Below, piece by piece: positions 1 to 5,513 of a stretch of DNA of 12,042 nt. The notes beneath the pieces were generated by a model, which was not told where the DNA came from, made no database searches, and saw only the letters and a program-made list of their open reading frames with translations. The DNA is from Deltaproteobacteria bacterium (GTDB lineage Bacteria; Desulfobacterota; Syntrophia; Syntrophales; UBA6807). The position numbers were made by a program, and so were the translations under genes. The stretch lies in contig JAFGWZ010000081.1 of assembly GCA_016936905.1 (NCBI GenBank), positions 1 to 12,042 of the forward strand. The letters run 5' to 3'. The number at the start of each line of letters is the position of its first letter. Position 1 is the stretch's first letter.

Positions 1-1
1 G

Positions 2-604
2 TTCGGGTGGTTCGGATTCAACGCGGGAAGCGCCCTCGAAGCGGGGGGCCTGGCGGCAAACGCTTTCGTAACGACCAACACGGCGACTGCGGCCGCGGGT
101 CTTACCTGGGCATTGATCGAATGGCAGCAAAACGGCGTCCCGACGGTCCTCGGCGTCGTATCGGGAGCGCTTGCCGGACTTGTTGCGATCACGCCGGCGT
201 GCGGCTTTGTCAGTCCGATGTCGTCCGTTGCTATCGGAATTCTCGCCAGCGTCTTTTGCTTTCTTGCCGTTACCATACTGAAACCGAAACTCGGCTATGA
301 CGATTCACTGGATGTTTTCGGCGTCCACGGTATCGGCGGCATGTGGGGAACGATGGCAACAGGATTGTTCGCCAGCCTTGCCATTAATGAAGGAGGGGCA
401 AACGGCCTGCTTTTCGGTAACATCAGACTGTTTCTCGTGCAGGGCCTTTATATGGTCATCTGTGTCATCTACGCCATTGTTATGTCGTGGATCATCTTCA
501 AATTTGTCGATGCCCTGTTCTGCGTCAGAGTCGAAAAGCAGGATGAACTGGTGGGCCTCGATCTTTCTCAACATCATGAAGCGGCCTATACGGTCTTGGA
601 ATAG
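2..604 (+). CDS. amtB: Ammonium transporter (Amt/MEP family), 5'-truncated at window edge
   Basis: Frame 2 is open from the first base of the window and starts with the Amt signature 'FGWFGFNAGSALEAGG'. It continues through 'DVFGVHGIGGMWGTMATGLFA' (conserved pore His region) to stop TAG at 602-604. The ORF track's M at 113 is internal, and the true start lies upstream of the window. It is followed 14 nt later by a PII gene, the classic amt-glnK pairing. Confidence 0.9.
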   Translation, partial: FGWFGFNAGSALEAGGLAANAFVTTNTATAAAGLTWALIEWQQNGVPTVLGVVSGALAGLVAITPACGFVSPMSSVAIGILASVFCFLAVTILKPKLGYDDSLDVFGVHGIGGMWGTMATGLFASLAINEGGANGLLFGNIRLFLVQGLYMVICVIYAIVMSWIIFKFVDALFCVRVEKQDELVGLDLSQHHEAAYTVLE

Positions 605-608
605 GAGG
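603..608 (+). promoter_or_regulatory. Shine-Dalgarno (AGGAGG) for glnK, overlapping the amtB stop codon
   Basis: 'taGGAGGatgaaagaacATG': AGGAGG sits 10 nt upstream of the ATG at 619. The 14-nt amtB-glnK gap implies co-transcription. Confidence 0.7.
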
Positions 609-618
609 ATGAAAGAAC

Positions 619-957
619 ATGAAATATATAGTCGCGATCATTCAGCCGCATAAGCTTGAAGAGGTAAAGCAGGCACTGGAATCAGTAGAGGTACACCTGA
701 TGACGGTTTCCAACGTTCTGGGGAGGGGAAGGCAGAAAGGCTTCACCGAAGTCTACCGCAGCGTGAAGGAGGTTGGCCTCTTAAAGAAAATAAAGCTCGA
801 GATTGCGGTCAACGAGGATTTCGTTGAACCGACCGTCGATGCCATAAAGAAGGGTGCCTTCTCGGGAAATCCCGGGGACGGGAAAATTTTTGTCCTTGAT
901 CTTCACGACGTGATCCGAATAGGCACCGGAGAACGGGGCGGCAAGGCAATCGGTTAG
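619..957 (+). CDS. glnK: PII nitrogen regulatory protein (GlnB/GlnK family), 112 aa
   Basis: Full-length 112-aa PII fold: 'MKYIVAIIQPHKLEEVKQAL', T-loop 'GRGRQKGFTEVYRSV', B-loop 'GDGKIFV', C-terminal 'TGERGGKAIG'. It lies immediately downstream of amtB. The T-loop is one residue shorter than E. coli GlnB, and the position aligned to Tyr51 is Glu. Confidence 0.9.
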   Translation: MKYIVAIIQPHKLEEVKQALESVEVHLMTVSNVLGRGRQKGFTEVYRSVKEVGLLKKIKLEIAVNEDFVEPTVDAIKKGAFSGNPGDGKIFVLDLHDVIRIGTGERGGKAIG

Positions 958-965
958 CTTACAAC

Positions 966-971
966 AAGGAG
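966..971 (+). promoter_or_regulatory. Shine-Dalgarno (AAGGAG) for glnA
   Basis: 'acaAGGAGatatggtgtcATG': the SD sits 10 nt upstream of the ATG at 982. The ATG at 974 is out of frame and hits a stop after 8 codons. Confidence 0.65.
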
Positions 972-981
972 ATATGGTGTC

Positions 982-2397
982 ATGGGTGCAAAAGAATTAA
1001 CAAAGATAGCCAAAGAGAAGAGGCTCGAATTCATCGATTTAAAGTTCACCGATATCCCGGGGCTCTGGCAGCATATAACCATACCTATTCAGGATCTCGA
1101 CGAAGGCCTGTTTATAAACGGTGTGGGATTCGACGGTTCCAGCATACGGGGATTTCAGCATATCCATGAGAGTGATATGCTGATCAAACCGGATCCGGCG
1201 ACTGCATTTGTCGATCCTTTCACGGCAGATCCCACACTCAGTCTGATCTGCAATGTCACGGATCCGTTGTCACACACCCCGTATTCGAGAGATCCCCGGA
1301 ACGTGGCCCGGAAGGCCGAACGGCATCTCTCCGCCTGCGGCGTCGCCGATCAGGTATTCTTCGGGCCGGAACCGGAATTTTATGTCTTCGACGATATCAG
1401 ATTCGACCAGACTTACAATACCGGGTATTACAAGATCGATTCTTCCGAAGGATTCTGGAACTCGGGGAAAGAGGAAGGGCCGAACCTCGGGTACAAACCC
1501 CGTTATAAAGAAGGGTACTTCCCCGTACCGCCGATGGACAGTCTCCATAACCTGAGGGCGAAGATGTCGAAGGTTATGACGGACGTCGGTATCGACGTTC
1601 TCCTTCATCATCACGAAGTCGCCACGGCGGGACAGTGCGAGATCGGCGTCAAAGTCAACACGCTCGTCAATACCGGTGATATCCTCATGAAATACAAGTA
1701 CGTCGTGAAGAATGTTGCTCTGGCGCACGGGAAAACGGTAACGTTCATGCCGAAACCGCTGTTCATGGATAACGGGTCGGGAATGCATGTACACCAGAGC
1801 CTGTGGCGGGGGGGGAGAAACATTTTTTACGATGAATCGGGGTATGCCGGGCTGAGCCGCACCGCCCTCCATTACATCGGCGGACTGCTTCATCATGCTC
1901 CGTCTCTTCTGGCAATCACTTCTCCGACGACCAATTCATACCGGCGTCTTGTCCCCGGGTACGAAGCCCCCATTACGCTGGTCTTTTCAAAAAGAAACAG
2001 AAGTGCCTGCATCAGGATTCCCATGTATTCACAGAGTGAAAAAGCCAAACGGCTCGAGTTCCGTCCTCCCGATTGTTCGTGCAACCCATATCTCGCACTT
2101 GCTGCCATGCTCATGGCAGGTCTTGACGGAATCGAAAAAGAGATGGAACCGCCGCCGCCCATCGAAACCGACATCTTCGAGCTTCCGGCATCGGAAAGAA
2201 ACAAGCTGAAGTCAACGCCGGGTTCGCTTTCCGAAGCACTCAGGAATCTTGAAAAAGATCACGATTACTTATTGAAGGGAGGTGTCTTCACTCAGGATCT
2301 TATTGAAATGTGGATCGAATACAAATGGAGGCGTGAAGAAGACCAGATACGGCTTCGACCGCACCCTTATGAATTTGCGCTCTATTACGATATTTAA
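982..2397 (+). CDS. glnA: Glutamine synthetase type I (GSI-alpha-like, no adenylylation site)
   Basis: 471 aa with GS N-terminal beta-grasp 'LEFIDLKFTDIPGLWQHITIP', ATP-site 'KPLFMDNGSGMHVHQSLW', 'TSPTTNSYRRLVPGYEAPITLVFSKRNRSACIRIP', and 'NPYLALAAMLMAGLDGI'. The adenylylation segment reads 'DIFELPASE', so Phe occupies the position of E. coli Tyr397 (NLYDLP). Confidence 0.95.
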   Translation: MGAKELTKIAKEKRLEFIDLKFTDIPGLWQHITIPIQDLDEGLFINGVGFDGSSIRGFQHIHESDMLIKPDPATAFVDPFTADPTLSLICNVTDPLSHTPYSRDPRNVARKAERHLSACGVADQVFFGPEPEFYVFDDIRFDQTYNTGYYKIDSSEGFWNSGKEEGPNLGYKPRYKEGYFPVPPMDSLHNLRAKMSKVMTDVGIDVLLHHHEVATAGQCEIGVKVNTLVNTGDILMKYKYVVKNVALAHGKTVTFMPKPLFMDNGSGMHVHQSLWRGGRNIFYDESGYAGLSRTALHYIGGLLHHAPSLLAITSPTTNSYRRLVPGYEAPITLVFSKRNRSACIRIPMYSQSEKAKRLEFRPPDCSCNPYLALAAMLMAGLDGIEKEMEPPPPIETDIFELPASERNKLKSTPGSLSEALRNLEKDHDYLLKGGVFTQDLIEMWIEYKWRREEDQIRLRPHPYEFALYYDI

Positions 2398-2413
2398 AGA
2401 ATGACGACTTCGT

Positions 2414-2532
2414 AAAAGGCCGATCTCTGCGTTACGCTGCATCTCTTCCCCGCTTTCGCGAGGACAAGCTCTGCAGCGTACCACAAGTACGCCTCATTCC
2501 TCGAGATTTGCAAGCCTTGATCTCGGCCTTTT
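2414..2532 (+). other. Nested inverted-repeat element (putative structured RNA or long terminator) downstream of glnA
   Basis: The outer 10-bp complement 2414-2423 'aaaaggccga' pairs with 2523-2532 'tcggcctttt'. The inner perfect 9-bp complement 2433-2441 'tacgctgca' pairs with 2472-2480 'tgcagcgta', leaving a 30-nt loop. The element starts 17 nt after the glnA stop, and the outer stem ends in a T-run. Confidence 0.3.
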
Positions 2533-2590
2533 TACAAAGCCGTCTGAATTTGGACTTTTGCGAGACCATCAAGAATTACGATAAATTTCT

Positions 2591-2596
2591 GGAGGT
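2591..2596 (+). promoter_or_regulatory. Shine-Dalgarno (GGAGGT) for the flotillin gene
   Basis: 'ctGGAGGTaaggacaATGaatg': the SD sits 7 nt upstream of the ATG at 2604. Confidence 0.7.
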
Positions 2597-2603
2597 AAGG
2601 ACA

Positions 2604-3887
2604 ATGAATGTTGAAATGGTAAGTATTTTTCTGGGAGTTTTAGCCCTTATGATTATCATCATCTATATAAAGGCGAACATGAAGATTTGCTCGCCGAATG
2701 AGGTCATGATTTTTTCGGGACGGAAAGTAAAAGACAAGGACAAGGGCGCCATAGGCTACCGGGTCATAAAGGGGGGGCGAGCGCTGAAAGTTCCGTTGGT
2801 CGAAACAGTGCAGACCATATCGTTGAACACCGTTCCCATAGAAATGGATGTGGTGGGCGCACTCACGCGAGGCACGATCCCCGTTAACGTCAAAGCCATG
2901 GCAAACGTCAAGGTAGCGGGCACCATGGAAAAAGGCCTTGGAAACGCGATTGAACGTTTTCTCGGTAAAAGCCAGTCGGCAATAGCTATAACGGCACGCG
3001 AAATCCTTGAAGGTACGCTGCGGGGCATCCTTTCCACCATGGAACCGGAAGAGGCAAACGCAAATCGAGTCGCCCTCGCCCGCCAGGTTTCCGGTGAAGC
3101 CATTGAAGACCTTGAACGAATGGGCCTCATTCTCGATACATTGAAAATACAGCAGATATCGGACGATAAAGGATACCTGGAAGCGATAGCCCGGAAAAAG
3201 AACGCCGAAGTCCATCGGGACGCCCGGATTGTCGAAGCTTCATCCGATGCCGAGGCAAGTCAGAAAGAATCGGAAGGAAAGAAAATAGCCGAAGTCGCTG
3301 CAATCGAAGCACGTAAAGCGATCATCGAATCGGAAATGTCATTCCGTATCCAGCGGGCGGAATGGGAATCGGAGGCAAACCGATCCGAAGAGAAAGCCAA
3401 AGTCGCCGGTGAAATATCGAGAATGGAAGAGATGACAACTCTTGAAGAAAGGAAAGTGGAAACCAATCGGCTCAAATATGAGGCGGAGGTCGTCATTCCA
3501 GCGGCGGCGGAAAAGGAAGCGCGTTCCATGAAAGCCGCCGGTGACGCCGCCTTCACGTTTGAAGAGGGAAAGGCCAAGGCGGAAGCGCTTCGCCTCCTCC
3601 GTGAGCAGTGGGAAATGGAAGACAGCAAAGAATTGTTTATGATCCAGATGCTCCCCGAACTGGTGCAGAAGGTTACTGATGTTATCAGCTCGAACCTCTC
3701 GGTGGAACGGCTGACCGTTGTCGACAACGGAGGCAACGGCGGCGGCCTGCCTCACGTGGTGGGAAGCCTCGCCGGTTCCGTCAACGCCTTCTTCGAACAG
3801 ATGAGAACATTGACGGGTATGGACATTGCCCGCATCATCGAAGAACGCCACCACATCTCCGGCGGCGGGATAACCACGAAGAAATGA
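2604..3887 (+). CDS. Flotillin-like SPFH/band-7 membrane scaffold protein (FloT/YuaG family)
   Basis: The N-terminal TM helix 'VSIFLGVLALMIIIIYI' is followed by an SPFH domain ('VIKGGRALKVPLVETVQTISLNTVPIEMDVVGALTRGTIPVNVKAMANVKV...FLGKS...ILEGTLRGILSTM') collinear with B. subtilis YuaG/FloT. A long E/A/K-rich coiled-coil region and C-terminal 'LTVVDNGGNGGG' (cf. YuaG 'ITVVDTGGSG') complete it. I chose the start at ATG 2604 (strong SD). The track's 2508 start is a TTG giving a 32-aa extension with no RBS. Confidence 0.85.
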   Translation: MNVEMVSIFLGVLALMIIIIYIKANMKICSPNEVMIFSGRKVKDKDKGAIGYRVIKGGRALKVPLVETVQTISLNTVPIEMDVVGALTRGTIPVNVKAMANVKVAGTMEKGLGNAIERFLGKSQSAIAITAREILEGTLRGILSTMEPEEANANRVALARQVSGEAIEDLERMGLILDTLKIQQISDDKGYLEAIARKKNAEVHRDARIVEASSDAEASQKESEGKKIAEVAAIEARKAIIESEMSFRIQRAEWESEANRSEEKAKVAGEISRMEEMTTLEERKVETNRLKYEAEVVIPAAAEKEARSMKAAGDAAFTFEEGKAKAEALRLLREQWEMEDSKELFMIQMLPELVQKVTDVISSNLSVERLTVVDNGGNGGGLPHVVGSLAGSVNAFFEQMRTLTGMDIARIIEERHHISGGGITTKK

Positions 3888-3917
3888 CATGGTCCCTTTC
3901 CGGAATAAGACGCAGGC

Positions 3918-3953
3918 AGGGGCTGTTGCTCAGCAACAGCCCCTTTTTGTTAT
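3918..3953 (+). terminator. Rho-independent terminator after the flotillin gene
   Basis: Perfect 13-bp inverted repeat 3918-3930 'aggggctgttgct' / 3932-3944 'agcaacagcccct' is followed by 'ttttgttat'. It sits 31 nt after the flotillin stop and 35 nt before the stop of the convergent gltA. The U-tract is only on the + strand, so it primarily terminates + strand transcription. Confidence 0.65.
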
Positions 3954-3988
3954 ATTTTATCAATGATTTCGGACAGAACGCCGCTTAT

Positions 3989-5368
3989 CTACGATATGGC
4001 AACGGCGGAATGGGCATTTGTCCGCCGAACGCGTACTTTACCCCTGAACAGAGCGTCGCTGTTGTCTCCCCGATCCGCCGCATGTCGCATTCCGAGGGGC
4101 AGATAATCTCTTTCCTCATAGCCACAATAGACCTGCCGGGGACGATGAAGCTTTCCTCTTTCATCCTCCCGGCTTTCCTTCCACTGGGCGATCCATCCGG
4201 GAAGCCGCCCGATGGCAAACATGACGGTGAACATATCGAGGGGGATTCCCAGGGCCCGTAGAACGATTCCACTGTAAAAATCCACGTTCGGGTACAGGCC
4301 GTTATCGATGAAGAACGGATCGCTCAGCACTGTTTCTTCCAGCCTCTTTGCAATATCGAGAAGTGGGTCATACACATTGTGACCGGCAAGAAACTTATGA
4401 CACATATCTTTCATAATACGGCCGCGGGGATCGTAATTCTTATAAACGCTGTGACCGAACCCCATCAGCAGGAAGGGATCAGTCCTGTCTTTCGCTCTCG
4501 CAATAAAGGGGGCGACATTGCCGCCATTGTCATGGATCGCCTGAAGCATTTCAACGACCGCCTGGTTGGCGCCGCCGTGGAGAGGGCCCCACAGCGCGCT
4601 GATGCCCGCCGATATGGCGGCATAGAGGTTCACCCGGGCACTGCCGACAAGCCTCACTGCCGACGTTGAACAATTCTGTTCATGGTCGGCATGGAGAATC
4701 CAGAAAAGATTAAGCGCCTGGACCATGTCATCGTCGATTACATAGGGCCGCACGGTGGAATCGAACATCATGTTGAGAAAGTTGGCGCAGTAACTCAGGA
4801 AGTATGATGGATATACAACAGGAAACCCCATGGATATCCGGTATGACATTGCGGCGAGGGTCCGCAGCTTTGATAGAAGCCGGGCAAAGGTCTTGTTGAT
4901 TTCATCTTCCTCTGACCTCTCCGGGATTTCCGGGTAGAACGCCCTCAGGGCATTCACCATCGACGCGAGCATTCCCATGGGGTGCGCGCCCCGGGGAAAT
5001 CGCTCGAAGAAGTGCCGCATGTCTTCATGTACGAGCGAATGGTCGTTCAACAAGAGAGAAAATCTGCTTAATTCCTCACTCGTCGGCAGCTCACCGTTAA
5101 TCAGCAAATAGGACGTTTCCACAAAACTCGACTGTTCGGCAAGCTGTTCTATCGGTATGCCCCGATAGCGAAGGACACCCTTTTCACCGTCCATAAATGA
5201 AATACTGCTTATACAACTGCCCGAATTCCCGAAACCGGGGTCGTAGGTAATCAAACCGGTTTCTTCCCTCAGACGGGAAATGTCAATTGCGTCATTGCCG
5301 TCGGTGGCGGTAATTATCGGCAGTTCGTATGATTTTCCGTTAATGATGAGTCTTGCCTTCTTTCCCAT
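3989..5368 (-). CDS. gltA: Citrate synthase, type II (hexameric, Gram-negative-type with N-terminal beta domain)
   Basis: 'MGKKARLIINGKSYELPIITATDGNDAIDISRLREETGLITYDPGFGNSGSCISSISFMDGEKGVLRYRGIPIEQLA' aligns residue-for-residue with the E. coli GltA N-terminus. Catalytic motifs are 'WGPLHGGANQAV', 'MGFGHSVYKNYDPRG' and 'PNVDFYSGIVL'. I chose the start at ATG 5368 (M37 of the track ORF), with SD 'AAGAGGA' 8 nt upstream. The track's upstream extension to 5476 begins with TTG and has no citrate synthase homology. Confidence 0.9.
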   Translation of the reverse strand: MGKKARLIINGKSYELPIITATDGNDAIDISRLREETGLITYDPGFGNSGSCISSISFMDGEKGVLRYRGIPIEQLAEQSSFVETSYLLINGELPTSEELSRFSLLLNDHSLVHEDMRHFFERFPRGAHPMGMLASMVNALRAFYPEIPERSEEDEINKTFARLLSKLRTLAAMSYRISMGFPVVYPSYFLSYCANFLNMMFDSTVRPYVIDDDMVQALNLFWILHADHEQNCSTSAVRLVGSARVNLYAAISAGISALWGPLHGGANQAVVEMLQAIHDNGGNVAPFIARAKDRTDPFLLMGFGHSVYKNYDPRGRIMKDMCHKFLAGHNVYDPLLDIAKRLEETVLSDPFFIDNGLYPNVDFYSGIVLRALGIPLDMFTVMFAIGRLPGWIAQWKESREDERGKLHRPRQVYCGYEERDYLPLGMRHAADRGDNSDALFRGKVRVRRTNAHSAVAIS

Positions 5369-5513
5369 GAGGCACATCCTCTTTCTACACCTCCGCTCCT
5401 TCGTTTCGTTACGGGAACGGACAATCTTGCACGAATATATCATCGTGTCGGCGGCCGGGGCCGCTCGAGTTATCAAATGACCTCTTCGATAAACGGCGAT
5501 ATAACAGCTACCG

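Noticed and set aside
7-653. ORFs 7-300 (+), 297-653 (+) and 305-577 (-) overlapping amtB
   Set aside because: These are alternative frames or the antisense of the Amt transporter CDS. Their translations are Arg/Cys-rich nonsense with no homology, whereas frame 2 carries the Amt signature from base 2.
1253-2484. ORFs 1253-1555 (+), 1270-1896 (-), 1611-1823 (-), 1893-2204 (-), 1895-2209 (+), 2269-2484 (-) overlapping glnA
   Set aside because: They are embedded in or antisense to the well-supported glnA reading frame and have no motifs.
2508-2603. N-terminal extension of the flotillin ORF from a TTG at 2508
   Set aside because: It is a TTG start without an SD, and the extension overlaps the inverted-repeat element. 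An ATG with GGAGGT 7 nt upstream at 2604 begins directly at the conserved TM helix.
2640-3890. Minus-strand ORFs (2640-3215, 2756-3130, 3260-3736, 3339-3890) antisense to the flotillin gene
   Set aside because: They mirror the E/A/K-rich coiled-coil codons (giving Ser/Phe/Leu-rich antisense translations). They have no independent support.
3884-4669. ORFs 3884-4261 (+), 3985-4272 (-), 4379-4669 (+) around or inside gltA
   Set aside because: They are antisense or out-of-frame overlaps of the citrate synthase CDS. They also run across the terminator hairpin, and no motifs are present.
5369-5476. Upstream extension of gltA (TTG at 5476; internal ATGs at 5443 and 5377)
   Set aside because: The extension has no citrate synthase homology. 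The E. coli-like N-terminus 'M..K..L.LNG' begins at ATG 5368, which has an SD at the correct spacing.
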